Below, piece by piece: positions 19,058 to 27,458 of a stretch of 64,000 nucleotides of DNA (position 1 is its first letter; each line of letters starts with the position of its first letter). A program made the position numbers and the translations under genes. Under the pieces are notes generated by a model. The model made no database searches. It was given only the letters and a program-made list of their open reading frames with translations, and was not told the origin of the DNA. The stretch covers positions 27,109 through 91,108 of the forward strand of contig JAJFTD010000027.1 in assembly GCA_021373255.1 (NCBI GenBank). Direction: 5' to 3'. The stretch is from a bacterium. Lineage in GTDB: Bacteria > Armatimonadota > UBA5829.

Positions 19058-20311
19058 TTGAGTAAATTTGAATTCAAAGTTGCCTGGCGGCACTTGCTCA
19101 CCAGCCACGGCCAAACTGAACTTACTATGGGTGCGGTAGCTGTTGGTGTGTTATTGGTAGTATTTTTATCGTCGCTTATCAATGGACTTCAGGTCGGACT
19201 TATTGAGGATGTTGTAGGATCTATTCCGCATATCACTGTTGAGGCATCTACGCCTGGGGCAACGCCTTTATGGAAGATTCCAGGCAAAGGTGGGGTAGGC
19301 GGGCTGGTTGTTACCAAGCTCGAAAAGATGTCCACACAAAAGCGCAAAATCCGCCAGTGGCAGCGCGTGTCGGATACTATCTCACAGCTTCCCGGAGTAG
19401 AAGCCGTCGCTCCGACTGTCGAGGGCAGCGGCTTCGTAAGCCGTGGTGTGAAGAACCAGGGCATCATCATAATCGGCATTCTGCCGTCGGAGCAAATGCG
19501 GGTTATGTCGCTTAAGAACCGCGTGCTTGAAGGCGACATCAGCAAGGTAGACCAGCAGAACGCGGCTATCGGGGTGAAGCTCGCTGATGATATCGGCGCT
19601 ACCATAGGCAGCCGAATCAGGCTTACATCTGATGCGGGGATCACGCAGACCTATAAAGTTGCTGCAATCTTCGATATGGGCATTGATCAGGCCAATGACG
19701 CCTGGGTCTATACAGGTCTTCGCTCAGCACAGGCGCTGCTGAACGTCGGTAAAGATGTCACCACAATCAACGTCCGCTCAAAGAGCATATTTACAGCAGA
19801 TAAAGTGGCGGACCAGATCAAGAGCTTCTCGCCACTTCTTGTCACCAGTTGGATGGACTCAAACAAGGCGTTCCTCGATACCCTGCGCTCACAGAACACC
19901 GCTGCCGTGATCATCCAGGCTATGACTCTGCTCGCATCGGCGTTTGGCGTGGCGAGTGTGATGATCGTGTTCGTGGTCCAGAAAGCGCGTGATATAGGAA
20001 TTCTCAAGAGCATGGGGGCCACAGCGCGGCAGATCCAGGGCATATTCGTGCTCGAAGGGCTGGGTGTCGGGATCGGCGGCGCGCTGTTGGGTGCCGGTAT
20101 CGGCACGGGCTTGTGCTTCCTTGTGCAAAATTTGTATCTGCCTGGTGAAACTTTCGGCGGTAAGCCTGCCACTATTATCCCGATGCAATGGGATATCTCC
20201 TATGTGCTTGCGGCATCGGCTGTTGCGATTGCCGTAGGGCTGCTCAGCAGTGTGGTCCCCGCCCGCCGGGCTGCGAAGCTCGACCCTGTGGAGGCAATAA
20301 GACGTGGATAA
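19058..20311 (+). CDS. FtsX-like ABC transporter permease (MacB/LolE family)
   Basis: N-terminal TM helix, large periplasmic domain, and C-terminal 3-TM FtsX domain (ILKSMGATARQIQGIFVLEGLGVG). Confidence 0.85.
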   Translation: MSKFEFKVAWRHLLTSHGQTELTMGAVAVGVLLVVFLSSLINGLQVGLIEDVVGSIPHITVEASTPGATPLWKIPGKGGVGGLVVTKLEKMSTQKRKIRQWQRVSDTISQLPGVEAVAPTVEGSGFVSRGVKNQGIIIIGILPSEQMRVMSLKNRVLEGDISKVDQQNAAIGVKLADDIGATIGSRIRLTSDAGITQTYKVAAIFDMGIDQANDAWVYTGLRSAQALLNVGKDVTTINVRSKSIFTADKVADQIKSFSPLLVTSWMDSNKAFLDTLRSQNTAAVIIQAMTLLASAFGVASVMIVFVVQKARDIGILKSMGATARQIQGIFVLEGLGVGIGGALLGAGIGTGLCFLVQNLYLPGETFGGKPATIIPMQWDISYVLAASAVAIAVGLLSSVVPARRAAKLDPVEAIRRG

Positions 20312-21044
20312 TATTTTAGAACGGCCTGTTGTAGAGACTGTCAAACTCTCGAAGAGATACGGCGATGGCGTGGGCACGTGGGCTCTACGCGGTGTCGACT
20401 TCTGCGCTCGCCCGGGTGAATTTGTGGCGGTGGTCGGTGCATCAGGATCAGGCAAAAGTACCTTGCTCAACATGATAGGGGCGCTCGATCGTCCGACTTC
20501 AGGTTTCGTGAAGATTAATGGACAAGATACCTCCAAGCTCGATGATAATGGCCTTGCGGCTCTGCGTGGCGGGACTCTTGGGTTCATATTCCAGTTTCAT
20601 TACCTTCTAAATGAGTTCAGCGTGCTGGAAAACGCCTTGATGCCGCTCTCGATCTGTAATGGCGGACCGACTTCAGACGATGTGGAGTGGGTGAAGTCAC
20701 TTCTCAAGCGCGTGGGGCTGGCGGACCGAATGAAGCACCGTCCGGGGCAGCTTTCCGGTGGTCAGCAGCAGAGGGCTGCAATCGTGCGTGCCTTGGCAAA
20801 CCGCCCCAAGGTGATCCTCGCTGACGAGCCCACCGGCAACCTGGACAGCCAAAATGGCGCACTGGTTTTTGATCTCCTTAGAGAACTCAACTCGCTGTTT
20901 GGTATAGCGTTCCTGCTGGTGACTCACGATGACCGCCTTGCACAAGAGGCTGAACGAATAGTGATGGTTGAAGACGGTCGCATAGTTGCTGACTATGAAG
21001 TTGCCCGCGTGGAAGAAGAGATAGACGATCGACCAATAGCATAA
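20304..21044 (+). CDS. ABC transporter ATP-binding protein (MacB/LolD-type)
   Basis: Walker [14 protein letters not shown]-loop, signature LSGGQQQRAAIVRAL, and Walker B ILADEPTGNLD. It overlaps the upstream permease by 8 nt. Confidence 0.9.
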   Translation: MDNILERPVVETVKLSKRYGDGVGTWALRGVDFCARPGEFVAVVGASGSGKSTLLNMIGALDRPTSGFVKINGQDTSKLDDNGLAALRGGTLGFIFQFHYLLNEFSVLENALMPLSICNGGPTSDDVEWVKSLLKRVGLADRMKHRPGQLSGGQQQRAAIVRALANRPKVILADEPTGNLDSQNGALVFDLLRELNSLFGIAFLLVTHDDRLAQEAERIVMVEDGRIVADYEVARVEEEIDDRPIA

Positions 21045-21207
21045 TTGTCGGACACTATGCATTATATTTGACATAAGACTGTAACCTGTATGGACGCGAC
21101 TGACATCCAACTGGTCGATGTTTTTGCACGCGGGCTATTTTGTTAATATCTGACCATTGATTGTGGAGTAGAACTACAAAAAAGCGAAACTTTTGTGGCA
21201 ATAGCCC

Positions 21208-21236
21208 TTGACAATTTGCTCTGTGCAGGATATCAT
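21208..21236 (+). promoter_or_regulatory. Sigma-70-like promoter TTGACA-17-TATCAT upstream of the STAS gene
   Basis: TTGACA at 21208-21213 and TATCAT at 21231-21236. Confidence 0.45.
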
Positions 21237-21313
21237 ACACATCACCTGGCACACTGTTACATCACGAACCATAACTACGTACATCTACTACGCAGAGAGC
21301 AGGGCTTGTGTTT

Positions 21314-21685
21314 ATGGACGTTGTTCAAGGAATGACGCTGTCCACAGTGCAGGAGGATGACAGGGTTGCCATCCAACTGGAAGGCGAACTGGATTTCGCA
21401 TCAGCCCAGAGGCTGATTGATGCAATCGAGGATTGCCTTGTGGAGCAAACTAAGGTTTGCTTGATCAATTGCCAGCAAGTGACATTTATTGACACTGAAT
21501 GCCTCAAGTCGATCATCTACATGAAACATAACCTGGCCACCAGGGGCATAGATCTTTGTATTGAACAGTGCAGCACTCAGGTTTCCAGAGTTATAAAGAT
21601 GCTTGGTTTAACAGAGTTCTTCCAAATGCCATTGACATTACAATCCGAGCAGGCTGCCTCATCTACACCCCGTTCATTCATCTGA
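21314..21685 (+). CDS. STAS-domain protein (anti-sigma-factor antagonist, SpoIIAA/RsbV-like)
   Basis: About 120 aa with the STAS pattern (VAIQLEGELDFASAQRLIDAIEDCL...VTFIDTECLKSII). The alternative start is the GTG at 21308. Confidence 0.75.
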   Translation: MDVVQGMTLSTVQEDDRVAIQLEGELDFASAQRLIDAIEDCLVEQTKVCLINCQQVTFIDTECLKSIIYMKHNLATRGIDLCIEQCSTQVSRVIKMLGLTEFFQMPLTLQSEQAASSTPRSFI

Positions 21686-21791
21686 GCTTTTCCACGAAGG
21701 ATATTGACGCGGAAACGCGAATATAGTACAGTCTAAGACTGTTAGCCCGCGATATTTCCACTGTGTTTGCGGTAAGTAAGCGGCTTAGGAA

Positions 21792-22565
21792 GTGAGTTTT
21801 GCCGGAATGAGTCAGGACGCGTCAACATTCGAAGATATAGCCAATGATCTTGTTGCTTATGTGAGTGAGTCAGGTGGGGATGTGCAGCGTCACATTGTCG
21901 CCCCAGCAATGTTGGATATGATTGGGCCGGTTACAGGCAAACAGATCCTTGAGCTATACTGCGGCGCAGGCTATCTTTCCAGAAGGCTGGCTGCCCTTGG
22001 GGCCAATGTTACGGCTGTTGATAGCTCCGAGCGGCTTATTGGGATCGCGGGTGAGATCAAGGAGAGGGAGAGCGACGATATAAATTATGCCGTTGCCGAG
22101 CCCACCGATCTATCCGTGATCGAAGACGCCACTTTCGATGATGTCGTATGTAATATGGGTCTGATGATGACTCGTGACCTGGCAGGTACGGTTGCTGAAT
22201 TAGCGCGGTTGGTAAAGCTGGGTGGGCGGTTTATCTTCTCTGTCCTGCACCCGTGTTTCTCCATGCCGGATGCGTGTTGGGCTAAGGATGAAGACGGCAG
22301 GTTCCTTTACGAAACAGTGGATAACTATTTCACCGAGAGTTGGTGGCCTTCGGAGCTTGCTTCCAGCATCAGGAGTGGGCAGAAGAAGATCAAGCACCGC
22401 ACACTCTCGCGTTACATCAATGCTTTGGGCGCACGCGGGTTTAATGTCCGAAGGGTGATCGAGCCCAGGCCGTCCCCCGAGATATTGGCAGTAAAACCCG
22501 ACCTCGAGATATATGATCGTCTGCCTGTGGTGATGGTCGTTGAAGCCATCTTCCCCTTTATTTGA
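21792..22565 (+). CDS. Class I SAM-dependent methyltransferase
   Basis: Motif I ILELYCGAGYLSRRLAALGANVTAVDSSE and downstream Rossmann-like motifs. Confidence 0.85.
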   Translation: MSFAGMSQDASTFEDIANDLVAYVSESGGDVQRHIVAPAMLDMIGPVTGKQILELYCGAGYLSRRLAALGANVTAVDSSERLIGIAGEIKERESDDINYAVAEPTDLSVIEDATFDDVVCNMGLMMTRDLAGTVAELARLVKLGGRFIFSVLHPCFSMPDACWAKDEDGRFLYETVDNYFTESWWPSELASSIRSGQKKIKHRTLSRYINALGARGFNVRRVIEPRPSPEILAVKPDLEIYDRLPVVMVVEAIFPFI

Positions 22566-22566
22566 T

Positions 22567-22827
22567 ATGAACTCAAATGGCAAGCATACAACAAGTCTCT
22601 CTCCAAAAGAACGCAGGCGCAAGGCCCTGATGTGGTGGCTCATCGTGCTAGTAGCCTGGGCTTTTTATGCTATCACAGATTCCATACCGGAACGTATGCC
22701 ACCGCCTGCCGGAGATGACTCGATCCCATTCATTACCAGCCACCTACGCGCGGAGTCCGGCAATATGTTCACAAGCTCATCCACCACACTCCCCCTTACA
22801 CGCCATGAGGTATCATCTGGTGAATAG
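22567..22827 (+). CDS. Hypothetical small single-pass membrane protein (possible anti-sigma-like partner of the downstream gene)
   Basis: One TM helix (ALMWWLIVLVAWAFYAI) after a basic cytoplasmic segment. It overlaps the downstream ORF by 23 nt. Weak call. Confidence 0.3.
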   Translation: MNSNGKHTTSLSPKERRRKALMWWLIVLVAWAFYAITDSIPERMPPPAGDDSIPFITSHLRAESGNMFTSSSTTLPLTRHEVSSGE

Positions 22828-23575
22828 GCTGAAGATTGCTGCTGTTGTCGCAGGAGTTTTAGCGTTGGGGCTGCTAGTGTGTCCCCGGAATCCTCAGATA
22901 GATGCCAATAAACTTCTCCATAGAGTTATTGCTGCTGACCAGAGGGTGAGCTACACAGCCACACAGGATTACACCTGCCTGTATCGAGGCAAGACCCTAC
23001 GATCAAAAGCCAAGGTTGTCCACAAACCCGGCGACGGCCGTCTGGCCTCACTGGTATGTCGCAATTACATCCCACTCGTGGAAGGACAAGAACGCGTTGC
23101 CGGTAGAGTTGCGTGGGTGCTGCGCCTCAAGCCGAAACAGAAACGTTTCCCGTGGAAGCAGTTGTGGGTTGATAAGCGGACATCAATAGTTCTGGCATCG
23201 CGCGACTGGTCATCCGCCAACACTCTCAAACGCTCGATGAAGACGATAGGCGCCATCCAGTATATATCTAGCTCGACACTCCCAAAAACCGTTCTAACTC
23301 CAATTCATGCTATGCCAGTAACTGCGCCTGAATATATACCCGCAGGTTTTGAACTCGTAAGTGCAGAGCGTTCACACTTGGTCTATTCCGATGGCTTATA
23401 CTCCATAAGCATTTACATCAGCAAGATAGCTGAACAAGGGACCAAGTTCGCTGCTCCGCGTGATTGGGGCCAGGGGCTTATTCTTATCGGTAGAACCAAA
23501 GGCAGAAAAATTGTTGTTACGGCAGACCTTCCACCAAAGGAGATTGAAAGAATCGCTCATTCGATTGGTCGCTAG
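22805..23575 (+). CDS. Secreted LolA-fold protein with MucB/RseB-like N-terminal domain resemblance
   Basis: Signal-like N-terminus (RLKIAAVVAGVLALGLLVC), then VSYTATQDYTCLYRGKTLRSKAKVVHKPGDGRLASLV...WVLRLKP, which resembles RseB/LolA-type proteins. Judged by eye only. Confidence 0.4.
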   Translation: MRYHLVNRLKIAAVVAGVLALGLLVCPRNPQIDANKLLHRVIAADQRVSYTATQDYTCLYRGKTLRSKAKVVHKPGDGRLASLVCRNYIPLVEGQERVAGRVAWVLRLKPKQKRFPWKQLWVDKRTSIVLASRDWSSANTLKRSMKTIGAIQYISSSTLPKTVLTPIHAMPVTAPEYIPAGFELVSAERSHLVYSDGLYSISIYISKIAEQGTKFAAPRDWGQGLILIGRTKGRKIVVTADLPPKEIERIAHSIGR

Positions 23576-23692
23576 GCCTCTATACGGTTTGGCGTAAGGG
23601 CACACAGGGAATCAATCAGGTGTTCCGAGATTCGTTAATGACGAGTTTTGGAGCACCTTTTGTTATGTACATGGTGCCGAGGAGGACTTGCC

Positions 23693-23920
23693 GTGACGAT
23701 TCAGGATGAAGCACTGGCCGGCAGGGTCAGCAATGCAATGACACAGGACAGGCGTATCGGTGGGCAAGCTATCGCCGTTCGAGTTGCTGAGAGCGAGGTA
23801 TTCCTCAAGGGAATTGTGGATACCCAGGAAGAACGGGACCTTGCTGTACTGATTGCGCAAGGGGTTACTGGTGTGCGGCAAGTCAATGCCGACGAACTGC
23901 GGGTCAGGGAGGGATCATAA
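23693..23920 (+). CDS. BON-domain protein
   Basis: About 75 aa: VTIQDEALAGRVSNAMTQDRRIGGQAIAVRVAESEVFLKGIVDTQEERDLAVLIAQGVTGVRQVNADEL. RBS AGGAGG sits 6 nt before the GTG. Confidence 0.6.
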   Translation: MTIQDEALAGRVSNAMTQDRRIGGQAIAVRVAESEVFLKGIVDTQEERDLAVLIAQGVTGVRQVNADELRVREGS

Positions 23921-26349
23921 TGAGCTATGGTCACTTTTCCGATGACGGTAAAGAATATATAGTTACCCGTCCTGATACCCCTCGGCCTTGGATCAACTAT
24001 CTCACCAATGGCCGGTATTGTGCGTTGTGTTCGCAGACGGGTGGGGGGCACTCGTTCTTTGAAACTTCCGGTTACAACCGTGTGACCCGCGAGTATCCGC
24101 AGTTAGTCGTTCTACAGGACAGGCCCGGGCGCTATGTTTTTCTTCGAGATGCCGAAACGGGCGATTACTGGAGCGCCAACTGGCAGCCCGTATGCGATAA
24201 ATTCGATTCATTCGAGGCGCATCATGGTATCGGCTACACATCGATCATGTCATCATCTCACGGCATCGACAGTTGTATTACCTATTATGTACCTCCTAGG
24301 GATGATGTCGAGGTTTGGATGATCAGCCTGAAGAACTCTTCAGATAAGCCGCGAGAGATTCAGGCATTTCCTTATGTGAAGTGGGACCTTGCCAACTTTG
24401 CCTACAGCGCGGTGGAGTCCAGCTTCGCGTCGCTCTTTAACGAGGTGAGCGTCGAGGATCACACCATATTTGTCAGCACTCGCTTTTGGAATATCACCTC
24501 GGGCACGACCGGCAACCCGAACACGCGGTGGGACAAGTGGGCATTTATGACATCCACTGCACCTATTGAGGCTTACGATTGTCTGGACGAAGAGTTTATG
24601 GGGATGTACCGCAGCCTGGCAAACCCAATTGCTATCGAGGAAGGCCAACTCCGAAACAGTTGTGGCAACGGCCGGGAAATTATGGCCTCGTTCCAGCACA
24701 GGTTCAGTCTACAGCCTGGCGAGGAAGTTAAGTTCATAATCCTGGTGGGTGTCGCTTACCGTATGGAAGATGCATTTCATCTTCGCGACCGATACGACGA
24801 CTGGGGTGAAGCCGAGAGGGGTCTTGTGGAACTTGACAGGCATTGGGACAGCTACCTCAGCCGCACTCAGGTTGCAACACCCAGCCGTGAGTTTGACCTC
24901 AGCGTGAACACGTGGAACAAGTATCAGGCGTGGGTGACCTCGCGCTGGAGCCGGATGGATTCATATTACGTCGCCGGTAGCTCGATCATCGGGTTCAGAG
25001 ACAGTTGGCAGGACATGCTTGCCATACTCCCGAACGACGTCGAATGGGCCCGGGAGCGGGTGGTTTATATGCTCGAGCACCAGTTCCCTGACGGAAGCTG
25101 CCTGCACAACTGGGACCCGCTTACCAACATCGGCGTTAAAACCGGCCATTCAGACGACCCTATGTGGCTGGTGCTGGGTGTATTGGAGTATCTCAAAGAA
25201 TCCGGTGATCTGATGTTTCTTGATGAAGCCATACGCTATTATGACGGCGGTTCAGAGACTGTCCGGCAGCATATTGTTCGGGCATTGGATTACACACTCG
25301 CCCACATGAGTGACCGTGGTCTGCCTTTGATCATGGCTGCGGACTGGAATGATGGGCTGGATTATGTGGGCAGGCAGGGTCGTGGTGAGAGCAGCATGGT
25401 TGCTGGTCACCTGGCATGGATGCTTCGTGAAGTAGCTTCCTTGCTTTGGTTCGTGGGCAGTGACGCGCTCGCACAGAAATACGTGGAGGCGCGTGACCAC
25501 CTCGTTCGCAACATAAATCAATATCTTTGGGATGGTGAGTGGTATATCCGAGGCACCCGTGATGATGGTGAAGCATTCGGCTCGTCTCGAAATATAGAGG
25601 GGAGAATCTATATAAACAGCCAATCGTGGATGGTTCTCGGTAGCGCAGCGTCCCGAAATCGTGCGATCCGGTGCATGGACTCTGTAAAGAAGCATCTGGA
25701 TACTCCTTACGGCCCGGCACTTTTTCTGCCCGCTTACCGTGAGCCCGATCCAAAACTCGGTATCATAACCCGCTTTGCGCCCGGCACTAAGGAGAACGGC
25801 ACTATATTCTGCCATCCGACAGCGTGGGTGATTATGGCGGAATGTATACTCGGCCGTGGAGATCAGGCGTGGGAGTATTGGAAGCAGGTATCGTTTGTAC
25901 ACAGGGGGGCTGAGCCTGATGTATATAAGGTCGAACCCTATGTGTATTGTGAATATGTTCACGGGCCCGATTCTGGATACTTCGGCCAGGGCGAGTTCAG
26001 TTGGATGACCGGTACCGCTGCATGGATGTGGAGAGTGTGTATGGATTGGATATTGGGCGTGCGCGCGGAGTTGAGAGGACTGCTGATAGATCCATGCATC
26101 CCATCGGAATGGGACGGGTTCAAGGTTAACCGTCATTTCAGAAAGTGCAATTATGAGATAGAGGTTGAGAACCCTGACCACGTATCACAGGGTGTACGCG
26201 CAATCTTTGTTGACGGAGAGTGTCACACTTCTCACTTACTGCCCCTGTTTCCCCCTGGTGAAACCCATCAGGTAAAAGTAGTAATGGGCGAGCCAACTGG
26301 TGGGGTTGAGGTAGTCGCGGAACTAACTGTGGAGCGGATTAGTACATGA
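23920..26349 (+). CDS. GH94-like glycoside phosphorylase (cellobiose/cellodextrin/chitobiose phosphorylase family)
   Basis: 809 aa. The N-terminus MSYGHFSDDGKEYIVTRPDTPRPWINYLTN and an (alpha/alpha)6 catalytic region match the length and start of cellobiose-phosphorylase-type enzymes. Family assignment is by recollection. Confidence 0.6.
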   Translation: MSYGHFSDDGKEYIVTRPDTPRPWINYLTNGRYCALCSQTGGGHSFFETSGYNRVTREYPQLVVLQDRPGRYVFLRDAETGDYWSANWQPVCDKFDSFEAHHGIGYTSIMSSSHGIDSCITYYVPPRDDVEVWMISLKNSSDKPREIQAFPYVKWDLANFAYSAVESSFASLFNEVSVEDHTIFVSTRFWNITSGTTGNPNTRWDKWAFMTSTAPIEAYDCLDEEFMGMYRSLANPIAIEEGQLRNSCGNGREIMASFQHRFSLQPGEEVKFIILVGVAYRMEDAFHLRDRYDDWGEAERGLVELDRHWDSYLSRTQVATPSREFDLSVNTWNKYQAWVTSRWSRMDSYYVAGSSIIGFRDSWQDMLAILPNDVEWARERVVYMLEHQFPDGSCLHNWDPLTNIGVKTGHSDDPMWLVLGVLEYLKESGDLMFLDEAIRYYDGGSETVRQHIVRALDYTLAHMSDRGLPLIMAADWNDGLDYVGRQGRGESSMVAGHLAWMLREVASLLWFVGSDALAQKYVEARDHLVRNINQYLWDGEWYIRGTRDDGEAFGSSRNIEGRIYINSQSWMVLGSAASRNRAIRCMDSVKKHLDTPYGPALFLPAYREPDPKLGIITRFAPGTKENGTIFCHPTAWVIMAECILGRGDQAWEYWKQVSFVHRGAEPDVYKVEPYVYCEYVHGPDSGYFGQGEFSWMTGTAAWMWRVCMDWILGVRAELRGLLIDPCIPSEWDGFKVNRHFRKCNYEIEVENPDHVSQGVRAIFVDGECHTSHLLPLFPPGETHQVKVVMGEPTGGVEVVAELTVERIST

Positions 26350-26373
26350 TAAGCATTTGCAGCTAACCTGTAG

Positions 26374-26760
26374 GGGCGAAGCACTTGCCCTTCGATTGCC
26401 GTATTTGCTGTAATCTTAAACGCAAGTGCTTCGCCCGCATGTGGCGGGTTTGCTATGCTGCGGGAACTTACCTGGTGGAGAATTCACGCATATGCTGTCA
26501 GCGTCGTTCCCGCAGGATATTAAACCATCAAGCTATCCGAGGGCGAACGCACGAATAAACGTTTGGTGATGGCATTCAAATAGATGACCTGCTTGATGGG
26601 AGGCGATCTCCGAATCGCCTCCCCAAAGCCAATGCCGGATTTCCGAATCCGGCTTCTTCGGCACAGGTTTTGGGGTTCGGAGACCCCATTCTTGGCCTTG
26701 AGGTGGCGATTCGGAGATCGCCACCTATCAGGGTTTCTGCAGGATATCAAACCATCAGGC
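26374..26760. repeat. Highly structured intergenic block made of several nested elements. A 15-bp inverted repeat runs 26374-26388 / 26422-26436. Direct repeats GCAGGATAT(T/C)AAACCATCA(A/G)GC sit at 26512-26533 and 26739-26760. Between them are four related hairpins: P1 26599-26622, P2 26634-26653, P2b 26672-26687, P3 26702-26725.
   Basis: P1 is GGAGGCGATCTCCGAATCGCCTCC. P3 is GGTGGCGATTCGGAGATCGCCACC, which is the reverse-complement core of P1 with a compensatory change. P2 is GCCGGATTTCCGAATCCGGC. P2b is GGGGTTCGGAGACCCC. All were read directly from the sequence. Confidence 0.55.
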
Positions 26761-26786
26761 CATCCAGCCATCAGACCCATAACGTC

Positions 26787-26815
26787 TTGTCAATAGGCTT
26801 CCACCCTGATAGAAT
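26787..26815 (+). promoter_or_regulatory. hsp20 promoter TTGTCA-17-TAGAAT
   Basis: TTGTCA at 26787-26792 and TAGAAT at 26810-26815. Confidence 0.45.
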
Positions 26816-26829
26816 GATGCTCTAGTAGG

Positions 26830-26848
26830 GGCACACATAATATGTGCC
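26830..26848. promoter_or_regulatory. 19-bp near-perfect palindrome GGCACACATAATATGTGCC between the -10 element and the RBS of hsp20 (candidate repressor operator)
   Basis: 18 of 19 positions are self-complementary. It lies about 15 nt downstream of the -10 and 9 nt upstream of the AAGGTGA RBS. Confidence 0.45.
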
Positions 26849-26868
26849 TGGGAAATAAGGTGACTTGC

Positions 26869-27324
26869 ATGATGTTCAAATCTTATGACGAGATGCTTGA
26901 GGAGTTGGAGCGAGAGATGCGTCGTGTGTCTGATGATATGCTGCTCCATATGTTTCGGATATCGAGCACCTCGGGTGATGTGTGGTCGCCCAGAGTCGAT
27001 GTATATGAGACTGCCGATGCTGTGGTTGTGAAAGTATGTGCCGCAGGGCTGGAGCCAGGCCAGATAGAACTGACCCTATCTGGAGACGGCAGGTTTCTCA
27101 CGCTGCGAGGCATGAGAGTCGAGCAGGATGAGGACAAGGGGCAGAGGATTCGCTATCATCAGTTGGAGGTATACTACGGGCCATTCGAACGCGTGGTGTC
27201 CCTGCCAAACGAGATTCCTCTTGAGCGCGACAGCCTTACCGCGAATTACAAAGACGGATTTCTGAAGGTAGTGCTGCCGAAGATTCAGCAGCCGACACCT
27301 ACGAAGATAGACATAGAAGAATAG
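26869..27324 (+). CDS. Hsp20/alpha-crystallin family small heat-shock protein
   Basis: Alpha-crystallin domain (VDVYETADAVVVKVCAAGLEPGQIELTLSGDGRFLTLRGMR...YGPFERVVSLPNEIPLERDSLTANYKDGFLKVVLPK). RBS AAGGTGA. The start is the ATG at 26869 or 26872. Confidence 0.9.
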   Translation: MMFKSYDEMLEELEREMRRVSDDMLLHMFRISSTSGDVWSPRVDVYETADAVVVKVCAAGLEPGQIELTLSGDGRFLTLRGMRVEQDEDKGQRIRYHQLEVYYGPFERVVSLPNEIPLERDSLTANYKDGFLKVVLPKIQQPTPTKIDIEE

Positions 27325-27458
27325 ACCCGGACATGATGCCGGGATTTGGCGCGGTAACTAACTCGGAGCATCGCATCGGATTATACTCTTGGACCGGTGT
27401 GACTTTGCGCCCAGGCACTGTGTTGCCCTGCTCCGAGGTGAAGTGATGGAGGTTATTT

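Noticed and set aside
26584-26796. 70-aa ORF spanning the hairpin array upstream of hsp20
   Set aside because: Its apparent internal peptide repeats are a by-product of translating the palindromes. There is no RBS and it is not a plausible protein.
26830-26848. CIRCE (HrcA) element upstream of hsp20 and lon
   Set aside because: The palindrome has GCAC-N9-GTGC spacing and lacks the TTAGCACTC/GAGTGCTAA arms. It is not CIRCE and is reported instead as an unknown operator.
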